Assembly: GCA_012840925.1 (NCBI GenBank)
Contig: DUVS01000015.1
Location: 119,142 to 183,141, forward strand
Direction: 5' to 3'
Source: Bacillota bacterium
Lineage (GTDB): Bacteria; Bacillota; Limnochordia; Darwinibacteriales; DTU012
DNA length: 64,000 bases
Part shown: positions 29,274 to 42,044 of the stretch, piece after piece
How the letters are laid out: each line of letters starts with the position of its first letter
Position numbering within the stretch: the stretch's first letter is position 1
The notes under the pieces: generated by a model
What the model saw: the letters and a program-made list of their open reading frames with translations, nothing else
What the model was told of the DNA's origin: nothing
Databases searched by the model: none
Translations under genes and position numbers: made by a program

Positions 29274-30242
29274 ATGTTAAAAAACGATTCCCTTCTCACT
29301 GACGGTCTTGCTCTAGGTTTGCGGGGCCGGGATCTTTTGTGTGTGCGGGATCTTTCTGAAGATGAAATCTACAGGGTATTCGCAGTGGCGTCAGTTTTGA
29401 AATCAGAATTACGCCAAGGTGTATCCCATAGCCTGCTCTCCGGCAAGAGCCTGGGAATGGTTTTCAAGAAGTCCTCTACCCGGACAAGGGTTTCCTTTGA
29501 GGTTGGCATTTGGCAGCTTGGCGGCCATGGACTGCACCTGAATTGCAGCGATATCCAGCTTGGCAGAGGCGAGAGCATCGGAGATACTGCCGAGGTTCTG
29601 TCAAGGTATCTGGATGGAATCATGATCCGCACCTATGACCACGATGAAGTGATCAAGCTTGCCTGGTATGCCAGCGTACCTGTGATCAACGGGTTGACTG
29701 ATCTGTTTCATCCATGCCAGGCTCTGGCGGACATGTTCACAGCCTATGAAAAGAAGGGAAAGCTGACAGGCCTCAAATTAGCGTTTATCGGTGACGGCAA
29801 CAACATGGCCAATTCCCTGCTCTGCATCTGTGCCAAGCTCGGAGTGCATATGAGCCTGGCCTGCCCGGCCGGTTACGAACCTCCCCAATCAGTGGTTGAG
29901 ATGGCGCAATCGGATGCTGCCCTCACTGGCGCAGAGTTGGAGATTGTCAACGATCCCTTAAAAGCAGTAAAAGATGCAAACATAGTGTACACCGATGTTT
30001 GGGCTAGCATGGGTCAGGAGTTGGAGCAAGCGAAAAGAGCGAAGTGCTTTGCCAAATACCAGGTCAACAAATCTTTGATGGCAGCGGCCAGACCAGATGC
30101 CCTTGTCATGCACTGCCTACCTGCCCACCGGGGTGAGGAGATCACTGCTGATGTGATCGACGGTGAGAACTCAGTGGTATTTGATGAGGCAGAGAACAGG
30201 CTTCACGTGCAGAAGGCCATCATGTCACTGCTTATGACGTGA
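29274..30242 (+). CDS. argF: ornithine carbamoyltransferase
   Basis: STRTRVSFE (carbamoyl-phosphate site), HPCQALAD, HCLPAHRGEE. Confidence 0.85.
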   Translation: MLKNDSLLTDGLALGLRGRDLLCVRDLSEDEIYRVFAVASVLKSELRQGVSHSLLSGKSLGMVFKKSSTRTRVSFEVGIWQLGGHGLHLNCSDIQLGRGESIGDTAEVLSRYLDGIMIRTYDHDEVIKLAWYASVPVINGLTDLFHPCQALADMFTAYEKKGKLTGLKLAFIGDGNNMANSLLCICAKLGVHMSLACPAGYEPPQSVVEMAQSDAALTGAELEIVNDPLKAVKDANIVYTDVWASMGQELEQAKRAKCFAKYQVNKSLMAAARPDALVMHCLPAHRGEEITADVIDGENSVVFDEAENRLHVQKAIMSLLMT

Positions 30243-30264
30243 TGGTGTTTCTTTTTTTACCTGC
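30220..30264 (+). terminator. terminator overlapping the argF stop
   Basis: CCATCATGTCA...TGACGTGATGG stem followed by TGTTTCTTTTTTT. Confidence 0.6.
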
Positions 30265-30415
30265 TTTTGATAAAATATACTTGGCTCATGGCTCGTTTAC
30301 AATGCGTTTTTGATTACAGCTCACATTGGATCAGAGAGTCATGGGCTTTTCTTTCATGTGCTTATACAGATACACGTTATGCGGGTATGATCTTATTCTT
30401 ATTGGAAATGCTTAG

Positions 30416-32452
<2,037 letters not shown>

Positions 32453-32477
32453 GGGAACTAGGTATACAGAAGGATAG

Positions 32478-33293
32478 GTGATGGTCGTGGATAACGTCCT
32501 ATTCTACTTTGCCGGGATGCCTGTGTATGTCTATGGTTTCCTTACCAGCCTCGGCCTCCTGTTTGGCGCTGTTTCTGCTTTGAGTGCCGGGCGCAGACGG
32601 GGAATTGGCTGGTGCAAAATGTTCGATTTTATTCTGGGAACCGCAGTCGTGTTTTTGATTGCCGGGCGGTTGTCAGTCCTGCTGCAAGAGTATGGAGCAG
32701 GGGCTTTGGTAAGGCCTTGGAAAATCATAACTAGGCTTTCTGATGGTGTCGATTTAAAAGTCGGGTTAATCTTTGCAGTACTGTATGGTTTGATCTCGAC
32801 AAAACGCAATGATATTTTCGGTATTGATTTTTTGGACGCCATCACTCCCGGTGTTGTCTGGATTAAGATTTTCTCGTCGTTGGGTTCTCAGGTGTTCGGC
32901 AGGAGCACCACTGTGCCTTGGGCCGTGCAGTTAGGTGATTTCAAGCTGCATCCGCTGCCTTTATATACCGCAGTCGGGTATTATTTGATTCGCTTCGTGA
33001 TCAAGCAGATCCGCCGGGCGCAGCGTTTCGATGGCCAGGTTTTTATCGCCACACTGACCTTGGCGGTATGGCTGCAGTGGCTGTTATTATTTGTATCAGA
33101 GGGAAGCAGTGTCTACGCCTTTTGGTTGTATCCCCTAATCGGCCTTTTGTTGGCTGCTCTTTGGAGTTTTGGACATGTAAACTCACCTGCACGAACAAAG
33201 CCAAGCAGCACAAGTTATTGGGTAGTGCAGTTTGTAATCTTAGGGATTGTAGTGGTTGCCATGGCTTGGTTCTTCTATTCTCGTTTTGAATAA
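32478..33293 (+). CDS. hypothetical polytopic membrane protein (weak Lgt-like N-terminus)
   Basis: Six to seven predicted hydrophobic helices; N-terminal MPVYVYGFLTSLGLLFG. No clear Lgt GRxGNF signature. Confidence 0.4.
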   Translation: MMVVDNVLFYFAGMPVYVYGFLTSLGLLFGAVSALSAGRRRGIGWCKMFDFILGTAVVFLIAGRLSVLLQEYGAGALVRPWKIITRLSDGVDLKVGLIFAVLYGLISTKRNDIFGIDFLDAITPGVVWIKIFSSLGSQVFGRSTTVPWAVQLGDFKLHPLPLYTAVGYYLIRFVIKQIRRAQRFDGQVFIATLTLAVWLQWLLLFVSEGSSVYAFWLYPLIGLLLAALWSFGHVNSPARTKPSSTSYWVVQFVILGIVVVAMAWFFYSRFE

Positions 33294-33304
33294 AGGGGTG
33301 AAAC

Positions 33305-33763
33305 ATGGATAAGCAGCAAAGCTTTACGGAGATTCAAGAGCAGTTAGAAGCCAATGATCTGCGGTTGACACCGCAAAGGGCAGCCGTGGTGCAAGTGCTG
33401 CTTGATCATACCGACACACACTTGCGCACAGAGCAGATCTTTCTGTTGGCGAAAGAGTTTGTTCCTGATATCGGCCTGGCAACAGTGTATAGAACGTTGG
33501 AAGTTTTGGAGAAGCTGAATATCGTTAACCGGTTTGAATATGGAGACGGCCAGAGCAGATATGAACTGGGCCGCAAGTCCGAAGAGCATTACCATCATCA
33601 CCTGATTTGCCTCGGATGCGGTGAAATCAGTGAGTTTGAGGATGATTTACTGGAAAAGCTGGAGGATAAGATCGCTGCCAAGTGTCAATTCAAGATTGTT
33701 GATCATGACTTGAGATTCTTTGGGTACTGCAGGAAGTGTCAGGATAAAAACGGTGAGAAATAA
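33305..33763 (+). CDS. Fur-family metalloregulator (PerR/Zur-like)
   Basis: LRLTPQRAAVVQVL winged-helix. HYHHHLICLGCG and FFGYCRKCQ form two CxxC pairs (structural Zn site). Confidence 0.8.
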   Translation: MDKQQSFTEIQEQLEANDLRLTPQRAAVVQVLLDHTDTHLRTEQIFLLAKEFVPDIGLATVYRTLEVLEKLNIVNRFEYGDGQSRYELGRKSEEHYHHHLICLGCGEISEFEDDLLEKLEDKIAAKCQFKIVDHDLRFFGYCRKCQDKNGEK

Positions 33764-33845
33764 GCGCTTAAAAGCTTAACCCTCCCGCTGATGGAAGGGT
33801 TTGTTGTTCATGGTTTCAAGCATCAACCACAGGAGCCCTTTGCTG

Positions 33846-33874
33846 TTGACAATTCATATTTTCTAGGGTATCAT
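33846..33874 (+). promoter_or_regulatory. sigma-A promoter of the valS leader
   Basis: TTGACA, 17-nt spacer, TATCAT. Confidence 0.55.
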
Positions 33875-33880
33875 AAAAGC

Positions 33881-34192
33881 ACTTTAAACATATTCAAAGG
33901 TATTCCGAGAAAAGCAATGACCGGGAGGAGTAGCTGAGTACCGCCTTGCAGAGAGGGAAACAACAGGTGCAAGTTTCCCAGGTATGGGCTGGCGAAGGTC
34001 GCCCGGGAGCTGTTGGGATGAAACGGGAGATGTTTCCATGAGTAGTTCCAGCCGTCTGGCGCGTTAAGCCAACTGAGGGCTCAACAGCATGCTGAGTTCT
34101 GGTTTTGTTTATGCTGTATGAGAACAAAGGTGGTACCGCGGAAGTCTTTTCGTCCTTTAGATGAAAAGACTTTATTTTTTTGGAGGAGTGAA
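33881..34192 (+). promoter_or_regulatory. T-box riboswitch leader (Val-specific) with intrinsic terminator
   Basis: Conserved T-box sequence AAAGGTGGTACCGCGG (34124-34142). It is immediately followed by terminator AGTCTTTTC...GAAAAGACT plus TTTATTTTTTT (34143-34181). GGTC (GUC Val codon) is a candidate specifier within GAAGGTCGCC. Located upstream of valS. Confidence 0.7.
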
Positions 34193-34197
34193 GAAAG

Positions 34198-36849
34198 ATG
34201 CAGCAGACAAAGACTCTTGCTAAAATTTACGATCCCAAACAAGTAGAAGACAAATGGTATCAATACTGGGAGGAAAACGGCTATTTCCATGCGGAGGTAG
34301 ATCCTGACAGGGAACCCTTCTGCATTGTGATTCCACCGCCGAATGTTACCGGGCAGCTGCACATGGGGCATGCCCTGGATGAAACCTATCAAGATATTTT
34401 GATCCGCTGGAAACGGATGCAGGGATACAATGCTGTCTGGATTCCAGGGACGGATCATGCCGGTATTGCCACTCAGGCCCGGGTAGAAGAGCATCTCCGC
34501 AAGACCGAAGGGCTGACCCGGCATGATTTGGGGCGGGAAGCATTTTTGGAACGAGTTTGGCAGTGGAAAGAAGAATATGGTGATCTGATCATCAAGCAGC
34601 TAAAGAAGCTGGGTTCATCCTGTGATTGGGACCGTGAACGGTTCACCATGGATGAGGGATGTTCACGGGCGGTTCGAGAGGTGTTTGTCCGTCTCTACGA
34701 AAAGGGCCTGATCTATCAGGGGAATTACAGTGTCAACTGGTGCCCCCACTGCAGCACAACGCTATCAGATATTGAAGTTGATCATGAAGAAGTGGACGGC
34801 AGGCTCTATTACATCAACTATCCTTTTGCTGACGGCAGCGGCCACATTCAAATCGCCACCACCAGGCCGGAAACATTGCTTGGTGATACTGCGATTGCTG
34901 TCAATCCTGAGGATCCCAGATATCAACATTTGATTGGTAAGAAAGTAATCGTACCGCTGGTCGATCGAGCGGTGCCCGTCATAGCCGATGATTATGTTGA
35001 TCCCAGCTTTGGCACAGGGATGGTGAAAATAACTCCGGCTCATGACCCTAACGACTTTGAAATAGGGTTGCGCCACAATCTGGAGCAGGTAGTGGTTATC
35101 GGTTTGGACGCCCATATGACCAAGGAGGCAGGAAAATACAGCGGGCTGGAGCGTTATGCCTGCCGCAAATTAGTGATCCAGGATTTGGAGAAGCTGGGCC
35201 TGTTGGCCAAAGTTGAAGAACATGTCCACGCAGTGGGCGAATGCTACCGGTGCGGGACTGTGATCGAACCGTTAGTTTCGAAGCAGTGGTTTGTGAAGAT
35301 GAAGCCCCTGGCTGAACCGGCCATTGCAGCGGTCAAGGAGGGAAGGATTAAATTTGTTCCCGAGCGGTTCAGTAAAAACTACCTGAACTGGATGGAGAAC
35401 ATCAGAGATTGGTGTATCTCCAGGCAGTTGTGGTGGGGCCACCGGATTCCAGTCTGGTATTGCCAGAACTGCGGTGAAGCCTTCGCTGCTCTTGAAGATC
35501 CGGTGGAATGCCGCAAATGCGGTTCCAACAAGATCGAACAGGATCCGGATGTTCTAGATACGTGGTTTTCGTCAGCTTTATGGCCATTTTCCACACTCGG
35601 ATGGCCGGAGCAAACCCCCGAATTGGAGCATTTTTACCCGACTAGTGTATTAGTGACTGGATTCGACATCATCCCCTTCTGGGTGGCCCGGATGATCTTC
35701 ATGGGTTTGGAATTCATGGGGGAAAGGCCCTTTGACGATGTGTTGATCCACGGTCTGGTCCGGGATGAACTGGGCCGCAAGATGAGCAAATCCTTGGGTA
35801 ATGGCGTGGATCCCCTCGAGGTGATTGAAGAGTACGGGGCAGATGCCTTAAGGTTCAATCTGGTGATCGGTGTGGCCCCGGGCAATGACTTGCGCTTCAT
35901 CCCCGAGAAAGTTGAGGCCTACCGCAATTTTGCCAATAAAATCTGGAATGCAGCCCGGTTTACCTTGATGAACCTGACGGACTTCGATGCTGGACAAGGC
36001 ATGCCCGATCAGGATCTGTCTGTTGCCGACCGCTGGATCTTAAGCCGCTACCAGCATGCTGTCAGCGAAGTGACACGCCATCTGGAGCGTTACGACATCG
36101 GTGAAGGAGCCCGGGTGCTCTATGATTTCATCTGGAGTGAATTATGCGATTGGTATATTGAGCTGGTAAAACCAAGATTGTACGGCAAGCATGGTGAAAA
36201 AGCCCGCTATGCTTCCCAATTCACCTTGTGGTATGTCTTTAGAAACACGATGCAGTTACTGCATCCATATATGCCCTTTATCACCGAGGAAATCTGGCAG
36301 CAGCTGCCTTTAGCTGGCGAGACCATAATGCTTGCTCCATGGCCTGTTGAGAAAGAGCTGAAAGATGAAGCAGCCGAAACAGAAATGGAGCTTTTGATGG
36401 CTGTGATCACTACCATCCGGACTATTCGCAGCGAGAAGCAGGTGCCTCCCGGCAGGAAGATCACCGCTATCCTCCAGGCTGATGCAGAACTGGGGGCTAT
36501 TCTGGAGGCAAATGTCCACTATTTGGAGACGTTGGCTGGATTGGCTTCAGCCACCATTGAAGCTCCTGGCGACAAAGTAGAGCGGAGTATTGCTGCCGTA
36601 ACCAATGGTGTAGAGATTTATCTGCCTTTGGCCGATCTGGTGGACTTGGAAGCTGAGGCCAAAAGAATTACCAATGAACTGGCCAGAGCAAAACAAGAAC
36701 TGGAACGAGTGCAAGCTAAGCTTGCCAATCCAGGCTTTGTCTCTAAGGCGCCTGAGGCGGTGGTGGCAAAAGAGCGGGAAAAACAGGAGCTTTTGACAGA
36801 TACCGTTGCCAAACTGACTGCTTTGTATCAGGAGATTGTTCGTGAATAA
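34198..36849 (+). CDS. valS: valyl-tRNA synthetase
   Basis: HMGHAL (HIGH-type) motif, KMSKS, C-terminal coiled-coil; 883 aa. Confidence 0.95.
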   Translation: MQQTKTLAKIYDPKQVEDKWYQYWEENGYFHAEVDPDREPFCIVIPPPNVTGQLHMGHALDETYQDILIRWKRMQGYNAVWIPGTDHAGIATQARVEEHLRKTEGLTRHDLGREAFLERVWQWKEEYGDLIIKQLKKLGSSCDWDRERFTMDEGCSRAVREVFVRLYEKGLIYQGNYSVNWCPHCSTTLSDIEVDHEEVDGRLYYINYPFADGSGHIQIATTRPETLLGDTAIAVNPEDPRYQHLIGKKVIVPLVDRAVPVIADDYVDPSFGTGMVKITPAHDPNDFEIGLRHNLEQVVVIGLDAHMTKEAGKYSGLERYACRKLVIQDLEKLGLLAKVEEHVHAVGECYRCGTVIEPLVSKQWFVKMKPLAEPAIAAVKEGRIKFVPERFSKNYLNWMENIRDWCISRQLWWGHRIPVWYCQNCGEAFAALEDPVECRKCGSNKIEQDPDVLDTWFSSALWPFSTLGWPEQTPELEHFYPTSVLVTGFDIIPFWVARMIFMGLEFMGERPFDDVLIHGLVRDELGRKMSKSLGNGVDPLEVIEEYGADALRFNLVIGVAPGNDLRFIPEKVEAYRNFANKIWNAARFTLMNLTDFDAGQGMPDQDLSVADRWILSRYQHAVSEVTRHLERYDIGEGARVLYDFIWSELCDWYIELVKPRLYGKHGEKARYASQFTLWYVFRNTMQLLHPYMPFITEEIWQQLPLAGETIMLAPWPVEKELKDEAAETEMELLMAVITTIRTIRSEKQVPPGRKITAILQADAELGAILEANVHYLETLAGLASATIEAPGDKVERSIAAVTNGVEIYLPLADLVDLEAEAKRITNELARAKQELERVQAKLANPGFVSKAPEAVVAKEREKQELLTDTVAKLTALYQEIVRE

Positions 36850-38134
36850 CCAACAACCTTTTAGTGAACGTCAGCGTTTCACAAGTCATTTAGGGTTAGA
36901 GCGGATTGCCGGGCTGTGTGCAAGGCTCGGCAATCCGCAGCACCAGTTCCGGGCTATTCATGTTGCCGGTACCAATGGCAAGGGCTCAACAGCAGCCTTG
37001 ATTGCCAGCGTGCTTCAGGCACATGGATGGCGGGTAGGGCTGTTCACTTCTCCCCACTTAATTGATTACAGGGAGCGCTTTCGGATCAATGGACAGATGA
37101 TTCCCCTGGAAGAGCTGGCCCGAATCGGTGCTGCCGTCAAAGAGCAGATGCAGTACATAGAAACAGAGTATCCCGAGTATGGGATCTTTACACAGTTTGA
37201 AGCGGCCACAGCTGTTAGCTTTACTTATTTTGCCCAAAACCAAGTAGACTTCGGGGTTATCGAGGTTGGCCTAGGCGGGCGCCTGGATGCAACCAATGTT
37301 CTAGCGCCTGAAATCGGTATCATAACACCGATTGGCCATGATCACCTGGAACGGCTGGGGCCAGCAATTGAAGACGTTGCCCGGGAAAAGGCGGGGATTA
37401 TCAAGGCTAACATGCCGGTGGTTGCTTCGGCACAGCTTCCCCAGGTTGATTACGTATTGAGATCAACTGCAGCCAAGCTTAATGCCCCGTACTACTCTCT
37501 TGATGACACCCAGTGGCAGCCGCTTAAGTGGAGCCTGGAAGGCGGCGAGCTTAAGTTTCCGCTGCTGGACGAGGCCCCATTCAAGATTCAACTGCTGGGC
37601 AAGCACCAACTAGCCAATGCCGCAACAGCCCTGCTGGCTTTGAAGGTATTAAAGGACAGGGGGCTTCAGCTGGATCTGCCTTCGATTCACAAAGGTATGG
37701 CCGATTGCCAATGGCCCGGAAGGCTGCAGATCATCTCCAGGCAGCCATTTGTCCTTTTTGATGGAGCCCACAATCGGGAAGGGTTCCTGGCTTTGGCTGA
37801 ATCACTGGAGCATCTGACAGAGAAGAAATTTTCTCTCATCCTGGGCATGTCGGCTGATAAGGAACTAGAGATCATTGATCCCTTACTGCCCTTCGCCAGG
37901 AAGGTATTTGCCACTGAATCCCGAAACAGCCGGATTGGGGTAACGTCAGCTTCGGAATTGACAGATTATATCAGAAGCCGGGGAGTTTTGGCAGAGTCTG
38001 TCGATTTTGCTCAGCTCCCATCTATACTCAAGACGAATGATCCCGTCTGTGTCTGCGGTTCATTATATCTAATCGGAGATTTGCATGCGCTAATTCTTAA
38101 GGAACATGAAGGATATCGGCAGTTAAAAACCTAA
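36842..38134 (+). CDS. folC: bifunctional folylpolyglutamate synthase / dihydrofolate synthase
   Basis: P-loop [18 protein letters not shown]. Mur-ligase family domain layout. GTG start 6 nt after GGAG, overlapping the valS stop. Confidence 0.85.
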   Translation: MNNQQPFSERQRFTSHLGLERIAGLCARLGNPQHQFRAIHVAGTNGKGSTAALIASVLQAHGWRVGLFTSPHLIDYRERFRINGQMIPLEELARIGAAVKEQMQYIETEYPEYGIFTQFEAATAVSFTYFAQNQVDFGVIEVGLGGRLDATNVLAPEIGIITPIGHDHLERLGPAIEDVAREKAGIIKANMPVVASAQLPQVDYVLRSTAAKLNAPYYSLDDTQWQPLKWSLEGGELKFPLLDEAPFKIQLLGKHQLANAATALLALKVLKDRGLQLDLPSIHKGMADCQWPGRLQIISRQPFVLFDGAHNREGFLALAESLEHLTEKKFSLILGMSADKELEIIDPLLPFARKVFATESRNSRIGVTSASELTDYIRSRGVLAESVDFAQLPSILKTNDPVCVCGSLYLIGDLHALILKEHEGYRQLKT

Positions 38135-38169
38135 ATATATCCATAGTGTTGTTAGCGGCAAGGAGGCAA

Positions 38170-38685
38170 ATGAACGTGGGAGAGCGGCGTGCAAAAAGCC
38201 AACGTGGATTTTTGGCAGGTGAAGGCATTTCTTTTGTGATTTCATTGATTTCTGTCAGTGCACTATGCATTTTTATTGGTTATCTGTTAGGCCAGTATGC
38301 GCTGCAGTGGTTGAATAATCCGTTCACACCTGTGAATCAAGCGCAGATCGATGCCCTTAATGATTCCATCGATCAGCAGTTGGCTGACATGAGCCAGTCG
38401 AATTCGCAAGCAGATACGTCTGAACAAGTTGATGAAGTTCCTGGGACTGCACCACCATCTTCTCAGTTTTCAGGACTGTATCGGGTTCAGGCTGGAGTCT
38501 TCTCTCAGCTCAGCAATGCCCAAGCATTAGTCAGTTTGTTGAGGGAGAAGGGGTTTGAAGCCATGGTCAGTACAGGGCCGCCTTACCGGGTGCAGACTGG
38601 CGCCTTTTCCAGCTTTGAAAATGCACAGAACTATGCGGACCAGCTGCGGGAAAAGGGATTTGAAGCAGTTGTGATCAGCCCTTGA
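38170..38685 (+). CDS. SPOR-domain (peptidoglycan-binding) membrane protein
   Basis: N-terminal TM helix. C-terminal YRVQAGVFSQLSNAQALVSLLREKGFEAMV / YRVQTGAFSSFENAQNYADQLREKGFEAVV SPOR repeats. RBS AAGGAGG. Confidence 0.7.
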   Translation: MNVGERRAKSQRGFLAGEGISFVISLISVSALCIFIGYLLGQYALQWLNNPFTPVNQAQIDALNDSIDQQLADMSQSNSQADTSEQVDEVPGTAPPSSQFSGLYRVQAGVFSQLSNAQALVSLLREKGFEAMVSTGPPYRVQTGAFSSFENAQNYADQLREKGFEAVVISP

Positions 38686-38743
38686 CAGTAGTTGGACAGT
38701 GTGATAGATTTTACAAGGAATTGGGGAGGAGGGAGGTAAGAAA

Positions 38744-38914
38744 ATGGCTCATGTGATTAATGAAGAGTGTATCAAATGTGGCGCATGCGAAGCTGAGTGC
38801 CCAGTTAATGCTATCAGTGAAGGTGCTGAGCACTATGAAATCGATCCAGATACATGCATCGATTGTGCAGCCTGCAGCGATGTCTGCCCGGTTGGTGCCA
38901 TCAGTGAGGCTTAA
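38744..38914 (+). CDS. fdx: 2[4Fe-4S] ferredoxin (56 aa), missed by the ORF track (<60 aa)
   Basis: MAHVINEECIKCGACEAECPVNAISEGAEHYEIDPDTCIDCAACSDVCPVGAISEA contains two CxxCxxCxxxCP motifs. Strong RBS GGGGAGGAGGGAGG. Confidence 0.85.
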   Translation: MAHVINEECIKCGACEAECPVNAISEGAEHYEIDPDTCIDCAACSDVCPVGAISEA

Positions 38915-38944
38915 TCCTACTACTTATCATTTTACTTAGCCATA

Positions 38945-38985
38945 AGAAAAGTCGAAGTTCGGCTTTTCTTTTTTCTTTTGGCAGG
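38945..38985 (+). terminator. terminator after the ferredoxin gene
   Basis: GAAAAGTCGAA-g-TTCGGCTTTTC stem followed by TTTTTTCTTTT. Confidence 0.65.
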
Positions 38986-39039
38986 ACTCTGTGTTAAGTT
39001 CAGGGAAAATTCCCGCATGTAATCAGGATCAAGGAGACA

Positions 39040-39066
39040 AGGCCGGGCAACCGGCCTTTTTCTTGT
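39040..39066 (+). terminator. second hairpin/terminator upstream of spoIID
   Basis: GGCCGG-gcaa-CCGGCC stem followed by TTTTTCTT. Confidence 0.5.
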
Positions 39067-39132
39067 AGCTTTTTTATGGGCATAACCATCCATCCCGTTT
39101 TCATATTTATGGGAAGTAAGGGTGGTGCTCAT

Positions 39133-40083
39133 ATGAGGCGTAGAACGAGGAGGAAACGGCTTGTTCTTTTGAAGTGGATGACGGCCATGGTCTTGTTGCT
39201 GATTGGAATTCCCCTGCTCTTTGTGTACGGCATTAAATTACCTTGGAAAGCCAGACAAGTGCCCATCATCAACCTGTGGGACGTGCAGAACTCCCAGCTG
39301 CTGACCATGACCTTGGAGGAGTATGTCAAAGGAGTTGTGGCTGCTGAGATGCCCGTCCATTTTCATCTCGAAGCTCTAAAAGCGCAAGCAGTGGTGGCCC
39401 GCACCTATGCTTACCAGCGGATTGTCAACAATGTGAGGGTCCCGGATCATCCGGAAGCGCACTTGTCGACAGACTATTCCACCGGCCAGGCCTGGATTTC
39501 CAGTGATGAGCTCAAAGCCCGGTGGGGCTTGATGGATTATCTGATCAACTGGAAGAAAATCAGTAAAGCAGTAGCGCAAACCCAAGGGATAATTGCCACC
39601 CATCAGGGTAAACCAATCTTAGCGGTGTACCATTCCACCAGCGGGGGACGGACAGAAAACTCTGAGCATTACTGGTCGGAAGCACTGCCTTATCTGCGCA
39701 GTGTGGCTGATCCTTATGGCAATCATTCTCCTTATTACTACACAACTGCGGTTTTTAGTGCCACAGAGTTTTTGAAGCTGATGGAAGTGAGTTCGTTGGG
39801 CAAAGTTCAGGTGCTGGAACGCTATCCATCGGGACGGGTAAAGACCATGGAAGCGGGTAACAAGTGGTTCAGCGGCCGTGATGTAAGGCAGCGGCTCGGG
39901 CTGCGTTCAACCTGGTTTACAGTAAACGTAAGCGATGATCAAATCCAGTTTGCTGTCTGGGGTTATGGGCATGGGGTCGGTATGAGTCAATATGGTGCGG
40001 ACGGAATGGCCCAGGCTGGGTATGATTACCGCCAAATTCTCCAATACTACTACCAGGGTATCTCGTTGGAAAAGCTGTACTGA
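39133..40083 (+). CDS. spoIID: stage II sporulation protein D (SpoIID, lytic transglycosylase)
   Basis: N-terminal TM. YVKGVVAAEMPV...EALKAQAVVARTYA...HSTSGGRTENSE are conserved SpoIID motifs. ATG at 39133 after AAGGGTGGTG. Confidence 0.85.
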   Translation: MRRRTRRKRLVLLKWMTAMVLLLIGIPLLFVYGIKLPWKARQVPIINLWDVQNSQLLTMTLEEYVKGVVAAEMPVHFHLEALKAQAVVARTYAYQRIVNNVRVPDHPEAHLSTDYSTGQAWISSDELKARWGLMDYLINWKKISKAVAQTQGIIATHQGKPILAVYHSTSGGRTENSEHYWSEALPYLRSVADPYGNHSPYYYTTAVFSATEFLKLMEVSSLGKVQVLERYPSGRVKTMEAGNKWFSGRDVRQRLGLRSTWFTVNVSDDQIQFAVWGYGHGVGMSQYGADGMAQAGYDYRQILQYYYQGISLEKLY

Positions 40084-40102
40084 TGGTGGAGGAGGTATAC
40101 TG

Positions 40103-40318
40103 TTGCCTTACTACAAGGATCATGATTATGAGCTGCATAAACACGAACTTGAAACACAGCTCGAGTCTGGCTTGGACTGGGATGATTACGACCCTGAGCA
40201 TTATGGTTGGTGGCGGGAACTGCACAGCCGAACAAACCGCCGGGCCAACTTGGAGCTGGCAAAAGAACTGACTATGTTTTCCATTCCCCATAAAACGAGA
40301 CGCTTTAGAAAACCTTGA
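40103..40318 (+). CDS. small hypothetical protein (72 aa, His/Asp/Trp-rich), translationally coupled to spoIID
   Basis: RBS GGAGGAGG lies 4 nt after the spoIID stop. TTG at 40103 starts PYYKDHDYELHKHELETQLESGLDWDDYDPEHYGWWRELH... No recognisable family. Confidence 0.35.
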   Translation: MPYYKDHDYELHKHELETQLESGLDWDDYDPEHYGWWRELHSRTNRRANLELAKELTMFSIPHKTRRFRKP

Positions 40319-40364
40319 CAACGATGGCGCAATAAACCTAAAATAGCCTCAAGGAGGGAGAGGG

Positions 40365-41285
40365 ATGCGAACAGTCAACAGTATTCTTGATTTGGTAGGG
40401 CAGACTCCCCTGGTAAGGCTTAACCGGATTGTCCAGCCAGGTTCAGCTGAGATTTGGGCTAAGCTGGAATCTTTTAACCCTGCCGGCAGTGTCAAGGACA
40501 GAATCGCTTTAAGCATGGTTCGAGCAGCAATAAAGGACGGGCGGCTTAAACCTGGCGGTGTGGTTGTGGAGCCGACCAGCGGCAACACAGGTATCGGCTT
40601 GGCTATGGTCTGTGCTGCCCTAGGATATAAACTGATCTTGTGTATGCCCGACACAATGTCTCTTGAACGGCGCAAGCTGCTGCAGGCCTATGGGGCGGAG
40701 TTAGTCCTTACACCAGGTAGCGAGGGCATGCGTGGTGCCATCAGCCGTGCCATGGAAATTGCAGCGAACACCCCAAGGGCGTTCATACCACAGCAGTTTG
40801 AAAATAAGGACAATCCAGAGATTCATCGGGATACTACTGCCGTGGAAATTCTGCAGCAGACCGAAGGAAAACTGGATGCGTTTGTATCGGGAATTGGCAC
40901 AGGAGGAACCATAACTGGTGTAGGTGAAGTAGTCAAAGCACAGCTCCCCAATGTGAAGGTGATTGCAGTCGAACCTGACAACTCGCCTGTGTTATCAGGA
41001 GGCCAGCCCGGGCCCCACCGGATCCAGGGCATCGGTGCCGGATTTGTTCCCAAAGTCTTGAATACAGCAATTTATGATCGAGTGATCCGTGTCACAGACA
41101 GCGATGCCATTGCCACTGCGGGACGGTTGGCTAAAGAAGAAGGAATTCTGGCCGGCATTTCATCAGGGGCTGCCGCTTATGCTGCTCTAAAGGTAGCGGA
41201 GGAACTGAGCCCCGGGAAAAAGGTGGCCGTAGTCCTTCCTGACACGGGAGAACGGTATTTGAGCATACCGGACATGTTCAGCTAG
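40365..41285 (+). CDS. cysK: cysteine synthase A (O-acetylserine sulfhydrylase)
   Basis: PLP-Lys motif [26 protein letters not shown] loops. RBS AAGGAGGGAGAGGG. Confidence 0.9.
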   Translation: MRTVNSILDLVGQTPLVRLNRIVQPGSAEIWAKLESFNPAGSVKDRIALSMVRAAIKDGRLKPGGVVVEPTSGNTGIGLAMVCAALGYKLILCMPDTMSLERRKLLQAYGAELVLTPGSEGMRGAISRAMEIAANTPRAFIPQQFENKDNPEIHRDTTAVEILQQTEGKLDAFVSGIGTGGTITGVGEVVKAQLPNVKVIAVEPDNSPVLSGGQPGPHRIQGIGAGFVPKVLNTAIYDRVIRVTDSDAIATAGRLAKEEGILAGISSGAAAYAALKVAEELSPGKKVAVVLPDTGERYLSIPDMFS

Positions 41286-41300
41286 GCATGAGGGAACTGG

Positions 41301-41332
41301 TTCGAGAGGGAACAGGTTCCCTCTTTTTTATG
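41301..41332 (+). terminator. cysK terminator
   Basis: GAGGGAAC-ag-GTTCCCTC stem followed by TTTTTTAT. Confidence 0.8.
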
Positions 41333-41458
41333 GTACTCTTCTTTAGAGTGCCTTGTTTTATTCCGTTATTGTTCGATATCTCCGTCATTTCTTGGAGGAA
41401 AATCTGCCCGGATCCGGAAATTTAACAAGAGGTTGTGAACTCAAGAGGTCGTGAAATC

Positions 41459-42043
41459 ATGGAGATAGTTTTAGCATCCAAATCACAGCGAAGAATCGAT
41501 CTGCTCAAGCAGTTTGGCCTTAAGTTTCAAGTCGCTGCTGCCAATACTCCGGAATCATCCGGAGGAGATCCTGCAGAGACAGTAATCAATAATGCGGTTT
41601 TGAAGGCAAAGGCTGTTCTGGCCCGGTTCCCCGGCAGTCTAGTAATTGGCGCTGACACGGTGGTCGCCATCGCCGATCAGATTTTGGGCAAGCCCCGAGA
41701 TCGACGGGATGCTTTTGCTATGCTGCGCTTATTGAGTGGTAAAAAACACCAGGTTTTGACTGGAGTAGCCTTGCTTTCAGCCAAGATGGAGCGAAGTTTT
41801 TATGCAGCCACGGATGTTTACATACGCGAGCTCGAGGATTACGAAATTCGCACATACATTGATACGCAGGAACCATTTGATAAAGCAGGTGGATATGCAA
41901 TCCAAGGAATTGGCGGTGCTTTTGTCGAATCTATATCAGGATGTTACTATAACGTGGTAGGATTGCCGATGCCGAGGTTATTGCTGGAATTGCGCACTTT
42001 TGGAATTGATGTCTTTGCCCGGGGGAGCGGCAAGGAGGAATAG
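41459..42043 (+). CDS. maf: Maf-like nucleoside triphosphate pyrophosphatase (septum formation protein Maf)
   Basis: LASKSQRRIDLL...GADTVV...KAGGYAIQG motifs. Confidence 0.85.
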   Translation: MEIVLASKSQRRIDLLKQFGLKFQVAAANTPESSGGDPAETVINNAVLKAKAVLARFPGSLVIGADTVVAIADQILGKPRDRRDAFAMLRLLSGKKHQVLTGVALLSAKMERSFYAATDVYIRELEDYEIRTYIDTQEPFDKAGGYAIQGIGGAFVESISGCYYNVVGLPMPRLLLELRTFGIDVFARGSGKEE

Positions 42044-42044
42044 C

